DNA of 64,000 nucleotides from Alphaproteobacteria bacterium (GTDB lineage Bacteria; Pseudomonadota; Alphaproteobacteria; JAAXGF01): NCBI GenBank assembly GCA_046582565.1, contig JAYGED010000075.1, positions 4,876 to 68,875 of the forward strand, read 5' to 3'. Shown piece by piece: positions 55,173 to 64,000 of this stretch (position 1 is its first letter; each line of letters starts with the position of its first letter). The notes under the pieces were generated by a model. It saw only the letters and a program-made list of their open reading frames with translations, ran no database searches and was not told where the DNA came from. The position numbers and the translations under genes were made by a program.

Positions 55173-57383
55173 TTGAAAAAAATTGTCGGTTATTTGAATA
55201 GCTGGAGCGTCACGCCGGGCGATACGCTTAAGGTCATGGTGAGCACCTACGGCGTGGACCACTATCGCGCGGACCTGGTCCGCATCATCTGCGGCGATGA
55301 CGAGCCCGAACACGATATTTACCACGAGGAGGAGATCGACGCCCCCTTCAACGGCGAGCATCCAGGCCGCGAGCAGCCGATTGCCGCGGGCTCCTACGTG
55401 ACTGTGGACGATGCCCCCGCCATAGCCGGCTTGACCAGCTTCACCGTCCAGGCCTGGGTCTTTCCGACCACCCCCGACAAGGCTGTGCAGGGACTGATCA
55501 GTAACTGGAACGACGAGACATCAAGCGGCTTCGCGCTACTGATCGACGACACTGGCGCCCTGGCCATGCGGCTTGGCGACGGCAACGGCGGGGTTGCCGA
55601 AATCAGCACCGGCAAGCCGCTGGCGGTGCGGCGCTGGCATCTGGTGGCCGCCGCCTATGACGCGGCGACCCGGGAACTCAGCGTCTCCCAGAACCTTATC
55701 GGGCCGCAATTCGAAGCCAGCAGCAGCGCCCATGTGACCACGACGATTAAATTCGAGCCGGCGCTTAGCAGCGGCTCGGCGCTGGTCATGGCCGCCCTGC
55801 CGGGTGTCTCCCATCATTTCAACGGCAAGCTCGACCGGCCGCGCCTGATCGGCCGCGCCCTCACCGGCGATGAGAGTGTGGCGCTGGCCTGGGACGCCCT
55901 GCCCCAGGAGCGCGACAGCGCGGTGATCGCGGCCTGGGATTTCGCGCGCGATATCGGCACGGATACGGTCAGCGACTTGGGCCCCAACGGTCTTCACGGA
56001 CGAACGGTCAATCTGCCCTCGCGCGGCTGCAAGGGCTTCAACTGGAGCGGCGCCGAGCAGAACTGGCGTCACGCGCCCGAGGAATACGGCGCCATCCACT
56101 TTCACGACGACGATCTCTACGACGCCGGCTGGGAGGCTGATTTCGAGTACCAGGTGCCTGCGGACCTGCCGAGCGCTGTCTACGCGGTGCGCCTGGCGGC
56201 CGGGGACGACGACTGGTACGTCACCTTCTTCGTCCGCCCGCCGCGGGGCACCACCACGGCGAAGCTCGCCTTTCTGGTCTCGACAGTGACCTACATGGCC
56301 TATTCGAACTATCGCTGGATGTTGCATCAGCGTTACAGCGAAGTCACCGAGACGTTCTGGACGACGCTCGATAAGGGTGACGTCTTCCTGCACGAGCATC
56401 CCGAGTTCGGGTTATCGACCTACGACACCCATTCCGACGGCAGCGGCGTGCGCTATGCCTCGCGGCTGCGGCCGGTGCTCAACATGGCGCCCAAGACGCC
56501 GTTGTGGAGCTTCAATGCCGACACCTTCATCCTCAGCTGGCTCGAGAAAAAGGGCATCGCTTACGACATCATCACCGACGAGGACCTCCACGCCGAGGGC
56601 GTCGGGCTGCTTGAGCCCTATCACGCCATCGTCACCGGCACCCACCCCGAGTACTACACCACCCCCATGTGGGATGGGCTTAGGGCCTATCTCGCGCGCG
56701 CAGGGAGGCTGGCCTATCTCGGCGGCAATGGCTTCATCTGGCGCTGCGCACTCTCGGACGCCAAGCCGGGCGTGGTCGAGCTGCGCCGGCCCGAGGACGG
56801 CATCCGTTACCGCGACGAGGAACCGGGCGAATATTATCTCGAATTCACCGGTGAGTACGGCGGCCTGTGGCGGCGTCTCGGCATGGCGCCCCAGGCGATG
56901 TGCGGTGTCGGCACGGTGGCGGTCGGCTTCGACGCCTCGGGCTACTATCTGCGCAAAGAGGCGAGCTTCGATGCCCGCGCCGGGTTCATCTTCGAGGGCA
57001 TCGGCGACGATGAAGTGATCGGTGATTTCGGTATCCTGGGCGGTGGCGCCAGCGGCTCCGAGATCGATGCGGTCGACCCGACGCTGGGTACGCCGCCCCA
57101 TACCCTCGTGCTCGCAAGCTCCGAAGGCCATACGGCGAACACCTATCTGGTGCCCGACGAGACCGGCTTTCACCACGTCGCCATGGACGGCATTCAGAAC
57201 CCGGATATCAGGGCGGATATGACCTTCTTCGAGACGCCGAGCGGCGGGGCGGTCTTCTCCGTCGGCTCCATCGCCTGGGGCGCGAGCCTGCCGCACAACG
57301 GCTATACCAACAACGTCGGGCGGATTACCGAGAACGTCCTGCGCCGCTTCCTCGACGACGCTGCCTTTTCGATGCCCGGGTAA
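55173..57383 (+). CDS. N,N-dimethylformamidase large (beta) subunit-like protein: LamG-like N-terminal domain plus a class-I glutamine-amidotransferase-like C-terminal region
   Basis: The 736-aa protein has a concanavalin/LamG-like N-terminal beta sandwich (...WHLVAAAYD..) and a central and C-terminal region with Tyr-rich and Glu-containing segments (YMAYSNYRW, EPYHAIVTGTHPEY). This is reminiscent of DmfA2-family proteins. I assigned it from memory of that family, not from a database search. Confidence 0.45.
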   Translation: MKKIVGYLNSWSVTPGDTLKVMVSTYGVDHYRADLVRIICGDDEPEHDIYHEEEIDAPFNGEHPGREQPIAAGSYVTVDDAPAIAGLTSFTVQAWVFPTTPDKAVQGLISNWNDETSSGFALLIDDTGALAMRLGDGNGGVAEISTGKPLAVRRWHLVAAAYDAATRELSVSQNLIGPQFEASSSAHVTTTIKFEPALSSGSALVMAALPGVSHHFNGKLDRPRLIGRALTGDESVALAWDALPQERDSAVIAAWDFARDIGTDTVSDLGPNGLHGRTVNLPSRGCKGFNWSGAEQNWRHAPEEYGAIHFHDDDLYDAGWEADFEYQVPADLPSAVYAVRLAAGDDDWYVTFFVRPPRGTTTAKLAFLVSTVTYMAYSNYRWMLHQRYSEVTETFWTTLDKGDVFLHEHPEFGLSTYDTHSDGSGVRYASRLRPVLNMAPKTPLWSFNADTFILSWLEKKGIAYDIITDEDLHAEGVGLLEPYHAIVTGTHPEYYTTPMWDGLRAYLARAGRLAYLGGNGFIWRCALSDAKPGVVELRRPEDGIRYRDEEPGEYYLEFTGEYGGLWRRLGMAPQAMCGVGTVAVGFDASGYYLRKEASFDARAGFIFEGIGDDEVIGDFGILGGGASGSEIDAVDPTLGTPPHTLVLASSEGHTANTYLVPDETGFHHVAMDGIQNPDIRADMTFFETPSGGAVFSVGSIAWGASLPHNGYTNNVGRITENVLRRFLDDAAFSMPG

Positions 57384-57394
57384 GGACGGCATCC

Positions 57395-60300
57395 ATGACC
57401 ATACGGCTGGCTATCGATATCGGCGGTACTTTTACCGACCTGGTGTTGGATCGGGACGGGACCCGCACGGCGACTAAGCTGCTTACCACGCCGGAGCGCC
57501 CGGCTGACGGTATCATGCAGGGCATAGAGCAAATCCTCGGCGAGTCGGAGACCAACCTCGGCGATGTGGACCTCATCCTGCACGGCACCACCCTGGCGAC
57601 CAACGCGCTGATCGAGCGCAAGGGGGCGCGCACCGCCCTGATCGTCACCGAGGGCCATCGCGATTCCGTCGAGATGGCCTATGAAAACCGCTTCGACCAA
57701 TACGACATCAATGCCGAGAGGCCGCCGCCCCTGGTGCCCCGCGCCTTGCGGTTGCCGGTCGCTGAGAGGATCAATTTCAAGGGCGAAATTCTCACCCCCC
57801 TCGATGAGCAGTCGGTTCGGGCGCTGATCCCGGACTTACGCGAGGCCGGGGTGGAGAGTGTCGCCATCGGCCTGTTGCACGCCTACGCCAACCCGGCCCA
57901 TGAGAACCGGGTAGGGGTGATCATCGCCGAGGCCCTGCCCGAGTTGTCGATCTCCCTGTCCTCGGACGTCTGCCCCGAAATCCGCGAATACGAGCGCCAA
58001 TCCACGACCTGCGCCAACGCCTATATCCAACGGCTCATGGCCGGCTACCTCACCGACCTGGAGCAGCGTCTGGCGGCGGACAATTTCCACTGCCCGCTGC
58101 TGCTGATGACCTCGGGCGGCAATGTGGTGACGGTGGAGACCGCCGTGCGCTATCCCATCCGACTGGTCGAGTCCGGGCCCGCCGGCGGCGCCATCATGGC
58201 GGCCCATATCGCGCGCCGCCTGGGCGAGGACAGTGTCTTCTCCTTCGACATGGGCGGCACCACCGCCAAAATATGCCTGATCGACCATGGCGAGCCGCAG
58301 CTCAGCCGGGGCTTCGAGGTTGCCCGCGCCCACCGCTTCATGAAGGGCAGCGGCATGCCTATCAAGGTGCCGGTGGTCGAGATGGTCGAGATCGGCGCCG
58401 GCGGCGGCTCCATCGCCTCGGTCGATGACCTTGCGCGCATCCGGGTCGGGCCGGAGAGCGCCGCCTCCGATCCGGGTCCGGCCTGCTACGGCCTGGGCGG
58501 CGACCGCCCGACGGTGACCGACGCCAACCTGATCGCCGGCCGCCTCGATGGGGAACATTTCGCCGGCGGGCGCATGAGCCTGGACGGGGCGGCGGCAGAG
58601 ACCGCGGTGCGGCGTGAAATCGGCGAGCCCTTGTCCCTTCAGACCATCGACGGGGCGCTCGGTATCCTGGAGGTTGTCGACGAGAACATGGCCAGTGCCG
58701 CGCGGGTCCATGCGGTCGAGCGCGGCGAGGAGATCGAAGGCCGCACCCTGATCGCCTTCGGCGGCGCCGGCCCCCTGCATGCCGCGCGCCTGGCCGAGAA
58801 ACTCAGCATCGACCGCATTATCGTACCCAACAACGCGGGCGTCGGCTCGGCCATCGGGTTTCTGCTGGCGCCGGTCGCCTATGAGGTGGCGCGCAGCAGC
58901 TACATGCGCCTGGACGAATTCGATCCCGCGCCCATAAACGCCGCCTTCGAGGCCATGGCGGCGGAAGCGGAGGCGGTGGTTCGCCTGGGTGCTGCGAACG
59001 AGGAATTGACCGAGCGGCGCTACGCCTTTGCCCGCTATGTGGGCCAGGGCCACGAAATCAAGATCGTGGCGCCGGTGCGTACCCTGGGCAAGGATGACGG
59101 CGAGGCCCTGCGGCTCGCCTTCGAGACCGCCTATGGCGAACAATACGGCCGCGCGGTGCCCAGCCTGGCCGTCGAGGTCTTGACCTGGTCCCTGACCCTG
59201 TCCGCTCCATCACCGGCCATGGATGGCAGCGCTTCTGAAACGCCGACGCCGCGTAAGCCACAGGCCGAAGGAGTGCGCAGCATGCGCCTGCCCGGCCGCG
59301 GCGCCGAGATGGACGCCAAGACCTACGATCGAACGGCGCTGGCCGCCGGAGACCACATGGCCGGCCCCGCCGCGATCACCGAGGCGCAGACCACGACCAT
59401 CGTCCCCGACGGCTTCACCGCGCGGCTCAACGGCGATGGCGATATTATTCTTGAGCGGGCAGGCGCCAGGACCGGCGTCGTCCCCGAAGGCGCCGTGCGC
59501 AATCAAATCCTCTGGGATCGCCTGATCGCCATCGTCGAGGAGCAGGCGCAATCGATTATCCGCACCGCCTTCTCGACTACCGTGCGCGAGGCCGGCGATC
59601 TTTCCGCCGGGCTGTTCGATCTGCGCGGCCGCATGCTGGCCCAGGCGGTGACCGGCACGCCGGGTCATGTCAACGCCATGGCCGCGGCGGTGCTGTTCTT
59701 TATGGAGAAATATCCGATTTCGACCATGGCCGAGGGCGATGTGTTCGTCACCAACGACCCCTGGCACGGCACCGGCCATCTGTTCGATTTCACGGTGGTG
59801 TCGCCGGTCTTCGTCAAGGGGGCGGCGGTCGGCCTGTTCGCCTCGACGGTTCATGTGGTCGATATCGGCGGGCCGGGGTTCGGGCCGGACGCGGGACAGG
59901 TCTATGAAGAAGGGCTCTGCATCCCGATCATGCATCTGTTTAGGGGCGGTGTTGCCAACGAAAGCCTGTTCGACATCGTGCGCGCCAATGTGCGCGAGCC
60001 GGTGCAGGTGACCGGCGATCTCTACTCCCTGGCCGCCAGCAATGGCGTCGGCGCAGCCCGGCTGGCCGCCCTGATGTCCGAATTCGGCCTCAACGGCCTG
60101 GAGTCCATCGGCGATCACATCATCGAAAAATCCCGTGCCGCCATGATCGATCATATCCGCGCCCTGCCCCCTGGCCGCTACAGCAACGCCATGACCGTCG
60201 ACGGCTACGAAAGCCCGGTGCATATAGAATCTCAATTGACGGTGAGCGATGAGGGCATCGAGGTCGATTTCAACGGCAGCTCAGCCATGTCGCCCTACGG

Positions 60301-61051
60301 CATCAATGTGCCGATCACCTATGCCCAGGCCTACGCCTCATTCGGCATTCGCTGCGTGGTCGGAAGCTCAATCCCCAACAACACGGGCTCCCTGTCGCCA
60401 ATCCAAATCACAGCCCCCGAGGGCTGTATCCTCAACGCCCCGAGGCCGGCCGCGGTTACCGTGCGCCATGTGATCGGCCAGATGCTGCCCGACGTGGTGC
60501 TCGGCGCGCTTGAGAAGGCGCAGCCGGGGATCGCCCCCGCCGAGGGCTCGTCAAGCCTGTGGAATCCCATGCTGTCGGGCGGACACGGCATGGTCGGCGA
60601 TCATGAGTACGGCGACGCGCTGCCCTTCTCGGTGACCGTGTTTCATTCCGGCGGAACCGGCGCCCGGCCGACCAAACACGGCCTGTCGGCGACTGCCTTC
60701 CCTTCCGGCGTGCGCAATACCCCGGTCGAGATCACCGAATCCATCGCGCCGATCCTGTATATGCGCAAGGAATACCGAACCGGCTCCGGCGGGGACGGGT
60801 CGTACCGGGGCGGCGACGGCCAGGTCATCGAAATCGAGCATGCCCAGGGCGCGCCCTTTGCGGTGTTCGCCCTGTTCGACAGGATCGACCACCCGGCCCG
60901 GGGCCGCAATGGCGGCGGCAATGGAAAGCCCGGCCAGATTCGCCTGGCCAGCGGCGCCACCCTCAAGGGCATGGGCAAACAAATCGTCCCCGCCGGCGAC
61001 CGCCTGATCCTGAAACTCCCCGGCGGCGGCGGCTTGGGCAAGCCCAAATGA
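57395..61051 (+). CDS. Fused hydantoinase/oxoprolinase A-B (HyuA-HyuB, 5-oxoprolinase-like ATP-dependent amidohydrolase)
   Basis: The protein is 1218 aa. The N-terminal 700 aa or so form a Hydantoinase_A region (MTIRLAIDIGGTFTDL...), and the C-terminal 500 aa or so form a Hydantoinase_B region (...DPWHGTGHL.D...). Confidence 0.85.
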   Translation: MTIRLAIDIGGTFTDLVLDRDGTRTATKLLTTPERPADGIMQGIEQILGESETNLGDVDLILHGTTLATNALIERKGARTALIVTEGHRDSVEMAYENRFDQYDINAERPPPLVPRALRLPVAERINFKGEILTPLDEQSVRALIPDLREAGVESVAIGLLHAYANPAHENRVGVIIAEALPELSISLSSDVCPEIREYERQSTTCANAYIQRLMAGYLTDLEQRLAADNFHCPLLLMTSGGNVVTVETAVRYPIRLVESGPAGGAIMAAHIARRLGEDSVFSFDMGGTTAKICLIDHGEPQLSRGFEVARAHRFMKGSGMPIKVPVVEMVEIGAGGGSIASVDDLARIRVGPESAASDPGPACYGLGGDRPTVTDANLIAGRLDGEHFAGGRMSLDGAAAETAVRREIGEPLSLQTIDGALGILEVVDENMASAARVHAVERGEEIEGRTLIAFGGAGPLHAARLAEKLSIDRIIVPNNAGVGSAIGFLLAPVAYEVARSSYMRLDEFDPAPINAAFEAMAAEAEAVVRLGAANEELTERRYAFARYVGQGHEIKIVAPVRTLGKDDGEALRLAFETAYGEQYGRAVPSLAVEVLTWSLTLSAPSPAMDGSASETPTPRKPQAEGVRSMRLPGRGAEMDAKTYDRTALAAGDHMAGPAAITEAQTTTIVPDGFTARLNGDGDIILERAGARTGVVPEGAVRNQILWDRLIAIVEEQAQSIIRTAFSTTVREAGDLSAGLFDLRGRMLAQAVTGTPGHVNAMAAAVLFFMEKYPISTMAEGDVFVTNDPWHGTGHLFDFTVVSPVFVKGAAVGLFASTVHVVDIGGPGFGPDAGQVYEEGLCIPIMHLFRGGVANESLFDIVRANVREPVQVTGDLYSLAASNGVGAARLAALMSEFGLNGLESIGDHIIEKSRAAMIDHIRALPPGRYSNAMTVDGYESPVHIESQLTVSDEGIEVDFNGSSAMSPYGINVPITYAQAYASFGIRCVVGSSIPNNTGSLSPIQITAPEGCILNAPRPAAVTVRHVIGQMLPDVVLGALEKAQPGIAPAEGSSSLWNPMLSGGHGMVGDHEYGDALPFSVTVFHSGGTGARPTKHGLSATAFPSGVRNTPVEITESIAPILYMRKEYRTGSGGDGSYRGGDGQVIEIEHAQGAPFAVFALFDRIDHPARGRNGGGNGKPGQIRLASGATLKGMGKQIVPAGDRLILKLPGGGGLGKPK

Positions 61052-61105
61052 ATTAAGTAAGGTGTCCCCTTAATTATCTCTATTATTGGGTCACCTTACT
61101 TAATT
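61051..61105. repeat. REP-like palindromic hairpin upstream of the RAYT gene
   Basis: The arms aattaagtaaggtgtcccc and gggtcaccttacttaatt are imperfect inverted repeats of about 18 bp with an 18-nt spacer. The element starts at the hydantoinase stop codon. Confidence 0.75.
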
Positions 61106-61141
61106 ATGGACGGTTTAGCATCCCGCCGATAACCTCCTAAT

Positions 61142-61819
61142 ATGGTACGAATAGCGCGCATCGTAGTACCGGGTCTTCCGCATCATGTGACCCAGCGGGG
61201 CAACCGGCGTCAGGACAGTTTCTTCCGTGATGAGGATTACCGGGCCTACCAGGACCTGATGGCCGAATGGTGCGCCCATTATGGCGTGGCGATATGGGCC
61301 TATTGCCTGATGCCCAATCACGTCCACTTGATCGCCGTTCCCGAAACCGAGGCGGCCCTCAGGCAAGCCATAGGCGAGGCGCACCGGCGCTATACACGGC
61401 GCGTCAATTTTCGCGAAGGCTGGCGGGGGCATCTGTGGCAAGGTCGGTTTGCCTCGTTCCCGATGGATGAGCGCCATCTGCTGGCGGCGGCGCGTTATGT
61501 AGAGTTGAACCCGGTGCGCGCCGGTATAACGAAGCGACCCGAGGATTATCTTTGGAGCAGCGCTCACGCACATCTCGCGGGGCAGGATGATCGGTTGGTC
61601 AAAGTCGGCCCGCTCCTCGATGCGGTGGGAGATTGGGCGACGTTTCTCGCCGGGGGATTGGACGAAACCGAACGCGATGCTCTACGACGCCATGAGAACA
61701 GCGGCCGTCCGCTCGGCAACGACGCGTTTATCGGGCAGCTGGAGTCTATTCTCGGACGAACTTTGAAGAAGAAAAATCCGGGTGCGAAACCCAGGCGCGC
61801 TATCAACGAATATGATTAA
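61142..61819 (+). CDS. REP-associated tyrosine transposase (RAYT, IS200/IS605-like Y1 HuH transposase family)
   Basis: The 225-aa protein has the HuH motif (PNHVHLI) and a conserved downstream Tyr region, and it is flanked by REP hairpins. Confidence 0.78.
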   Translation: MVRIARIVVPGLPHHVTQRGNRRQDSFFRDEDYRAYQDLMAEWCAHYGVAIWAYCLMPNHVHLIAVPETEAALRQAIGEAHRRYTRRVNFREGWRGHLWQGRFASFPMDERHLLAAARYVELNPVRAGITKRPEDYLWSSAHAHLAGQDDRLVKVGPLLDAVGDWATFLAGGLDETERDALRRHENSGRPLGNDAFIGQLESILGRTLKKKNPGAKPRRAINEYD

Positions 61820-61886
61820 GGGGACACCTTACTTAATAAGGCGAGCGTTATCGTTATTGGGAATTAAGTAAGGTGTCCCCTTAATT
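61816..61886. repeat. REP-like palindromic hairpin downstream of the RAYT gene
   Basis: The arms attaaggggacaccttacttaat and attaagtaaggtgtccccttaat are a perfect inverted repeat of about 22 bp with a 24-nt spacer. The left arm overlaps the RAYT stop codon, and the core sequence is the same as in the upstream REP. Confidence 0.8.
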
Positions 61887-61912
61887 AGGCGGGCTGTGTA
61901 AGCGCGACTGAC

Positions 61913-62101
61913 TCAGAAATCGATGGCGCGGCCGCCCTTTTCCCAGTCGCCGTAGCGGGTCGGGTCGAGGCCGTCTTTACGGCCATCTATTTCTTTGGCG
62001 ATTTCTTTTGCCGGCTTCGGATCGGGCTTCTCAGCGGGCTCGGCGGCGTCTGATTTGTCGGTTTTATCGTCGGTCATGGCGATAGTTCTAGCCGATCGCA
62101 T
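61913..62101 (-). CDS. DUF1674-domain protein (SDHAF4-like)
   Basis: The C terminus ...DPTRYGDWEKGGRAIDF is characteristic of DUF1674. The start may be the internal Met (MTDDK...). Confidence 0.6.
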   Translation of the reverse strand: MRSARTIAMTDDKTDKSDAAEPAEKPDPKPAKEIAKEIDGRKDGLDPTRYGDWEKGGRAIDF

Positions 62102-62123
62102 GGTTGCGCGCTACACCGCCCCC

Positions 62124-63425
62124 ATGACAACCGAGTCCTCCCCACTGGCGCCAACCGCCCGCGCCGTCGCCCTCGATATTCTGGGCGCTGTCCTACCCCG
62201 GGGCGCCGCCCTCGACGAGGTGCTTGCCGGCCATGACGGCATGGCCAAGCTGGAAGCCCGCGACCGGGCCTTTGCGCGACTGCTGATCGCCACCACGCTC
62301 AGGCGTCTCGGGCAGATCGATAAGCTGATCGATGCCTGCCTCGCCCATCCGCTCGGCCGCAAGGCAGGCCGCATCCGGGATATTCTCAGGCTCGGCATCT
62401 GCCAGCTCGTGTTCCTGGGTGTCGCACCCCATGCCGCCGTCCATGGCATGGTCGAGCTGGTCGGCGAGAACAAATCCTATCGCGGGCTGGTCAACGCCAT
62501 ATTGCGGCGCATGACCCGGGAAGGCGAGGAGATGGCCAAGGGCCAGGACGCTGCCCGCCTCAACACCCCCGATTGGCTGTGGCGGCGCTGGCGCAAGGCC
62601 TATGGCGAGACGGCAACGCGCAGCCTCGCGGTCGCCCAGCTCGCCGATCCGCCCCTCGATTTCACGCTTAAGGGCGAGCCGCAAGACTGGGCGGCACGGC
62701 TCGACGCCGTCCTGCTGCCGACCGGCTCCCTGCGCCGCGCGGCGGGCGGCATGGTCGAAACCCTCGACGGCTATGGTGACGGCGCCTGGTGGATACAGGA
62801 CGCCGCCGCCGCCCTGCCGGCCCGGCTGCTGGGCCCGGTTGCCGGCGCGACGGTCATCGATCTTTGCGCCGCCCCCGGTGGCAAGACCGCCCAGCTCGCG
62901 GCGGCGGGCGCCAACGTCATCGCCGTTGACCGCGACCGCACCCGACTCGCCCGGCTCAAGGCCAACCTTGAGCGGTTGAGCCTCACCGCCGAGATCGTCC
63001 AGGCCGACGCCGCCGCGTGGCGCCCCAGGCGGCCAGCAGGGCATATTCTGCTCGATGCGCCCTGTAGTGCTACGGGAACCATCCGCCGCCATCCCGATAT
63101 CCCTCACCTCAAGCAGCCCGGCGATATCGCCCGCCTAGTCGGGCTTCAGGACCGCCTGCTGGACGCCGCGACGTCTATGCTCGCGCCCGGCGGTCTGCTG
63201 GTCTATTGCGTCTGCTCCCTGGAGCCCGAGGAAGGCCCCGAACGGATCGCCGCCCTGCTCGCGCGAAACCCGGACCTCACCCGCGAATCGATCGCCTCAC
63301 ACCTGCCCGACGGCCTCGATTCGCTGATTACGGACGACGGAGACCTCAGAACCCTGCCCTGCCATCTCGCTGAATTTGGCGGTCTCGACGGCTTTTACGC
63401 CACGCGCTTGCGACGCCTCGCTTAA
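62124..63425 (+). CDS. rsmB: 16S rRNA (cytosine-C5) methyltransferase RsmB/Sun family
   Basis: The protein has a NusB-like N terminus and a SAM-dependent methyltransferase domain (DLCAAPGGKT...), with the catalytic Cys in the motif CSLEPEE. I started it at the ATG at 62124 (MTTESS...) so that it does not overlap the divergent DUF1674 gene. Confidence 0.82.
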   Translation: MTTESSPLAPTARAVALDILGAVLPRGAALDEVLAGHDGMAKLEARDRAFARLLIATTLRRLGQIDKLIDACLAHPLGRKAGRIRDILRLGICQLVFLGVAPHAAVHGMVELVGENKSYRGLVNAILRRMTREGEEMAKGQDAARLNTPDWLWRRWRKAYGETATRSLAVAQLADPPLDFTLKGEPQDWAARLDAVLLPTGSLRRAAGGMVETLDGYGDGAWWIQDAAAALPARLLGPVAGATVIDLCAAPGGKTAQLAAAGANVIAVDRDRTRLARLKANLERLSLTAEIVQADAAAWRPRRPAGHILLDAPCSATGTIRRHPDIPHLKQPGDIARLVGLQDRLLDAATSMLAPGGLLVYCVCSLEPEEGPERIAALLARNPDLTRESIASHLPDGLDSLITDDGDLRTLPCHLAEFGGLDGFYATRLRRLA

Positions 63426-63443
63426 GCTGGTACCAACATCGCC

Positions 63444-64000
63444 ATGCAGCAGCCTGTTCGTATCGCCCCCTCGATCCTTTCGGCGGATTTTGCCACCCTG
63501 GGAGCCGAGGTCCGCGCGATCACCGAGGCCGGCGCGGACTACATCCACATCGACATCATGGACGGCCATTTCGTCCCCAATCTGACCATCGGACCTGGCG
63601 TTGTCGCGGCCCTGCGCGCTCATTCCGACAAGCCCTTCGATACCCATCTGATGATCAGCCCGGTTGACCCCTTCATCGACGGTTTCATTGACGCCGGCGC
63701 TAATATCATCACCGTGCATCCGGAATCCGGGCCCCATCTGCATCGCTCGATCCAGCATATAAAGTCAAAGGGATGCCGGGCCGGCGTGGCGCTCAATCCA
63801 GCCACCCCGGCCGAGGCTGTCGATCATGTTCTCGATGCGGTGGATCTGGTGTTGGTCATGTCGGTCAACCCCGGTTTCGGCGGCCAGGCCTTTATCGCCA
63901 CCATGCTCGAGAAAATCAGCGCCCTGCGCGCCAAGATCGACGCCTCGGGGCGCACCATCGACCTCCAGGTCGACGGCGGCATCAACGCCGAGACCGCGCC
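63444..64000 (+). CDS. rpe: Ribulose-phosphate 3-epimerase; the 3' end lies outside the window
   Basis: The sequence begins [21 protein letters not shown]......[14 protein letters not shown]. The frame is still open at the window end. Confidence 0.9.
   Translation, partial: MQQPVRIAPSILSADFATLGAEVRAITEAGADYIHIDIMDGHFVPNLTIGPGVVAALRAHSDKPFDTHLMISPVDPFIDGFIDAGANIITVHPESGPHLHRSIQHIKSKGCRAGVALNPATPAEAVDHVLDAVDLVLVMSVNPGFGGQAFIATMLEKISALRAKIDASGRTIDLQVDGGINAETA

Larger units (their letters stand above)
61051..61886 (+). mobile_element. REPtron-like unit: a RAYT gene bracketed by cognate REP hairpins
   Basis: The same REP core (aattaagtaaggtgtcccc and its reverse complement) occurs on both sides of the transposase gene. 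Confidence 0.7.

Overview
This is a high-GC (roughly 65%) chromosomal segment. Its gene content and order look alphaproteobacterial; the taxon is my inference from the sequence alone. Most of the window is conserved housekeeping DNA. It holds a HisJQMP-type polar amino-acid ABC transporter, several small stress and detoxification genes (gloA, a dienelactone hydrolase, a VOC-family protein, cupins), and an MlaC / Sel1-repeat / MlaA envelope cluster. It continues with mmsA and zapE, a DUF547 / GT-C / GT2 glycosylation gene set, the TCA block mdh-sucCDAB-lpdA, xerC with its DUF484 partner, tal and priA. After those come an FGGY kinase plus a sphingosine-1-phosphate-lyase-like PLP enzyme, atpHAGDC, rppH, and a yibQ-like / ctpA / envC-like / gpmI / rsfS / nadD / proAB / obg / rpmA / rplU block. 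A tRNA-Ser(CGA) gene follows rplU, and downstream of it lies an accessory insert of about 8 kb (about 53.8-61.9 kb). The insert starts with AT-rich DNA carrying a decayed GIY-YIG nuclease gene and a duplicated 5' fragment of a hydantoinase gene. It then has a tight four-gene operon: a cupin, a 99-aa protein, an N,N-dimethylformamidase-large-subunit-like protein and a fused 1218-aa hydantoinase/oxoprolinase A-B. It ends with a REP-associated tyrosine transposase (RAYT) flanked by palindromic REP hairpins. Conserved genes resume after that (a DUF1674/SDHAF4-like gene, rsmB, and the start of rpe). I found no CRISPR array, no rRNA genes and no phage integrase. Coordinates for elements I located by hand (hairpins, repeats, pseudogenes) may be off by 1-2 nt. 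The supplied ORF coordinates for the cupin at 6951..7319 disagree with my own position count by one base, so treat hand positions in that region with extra caution.
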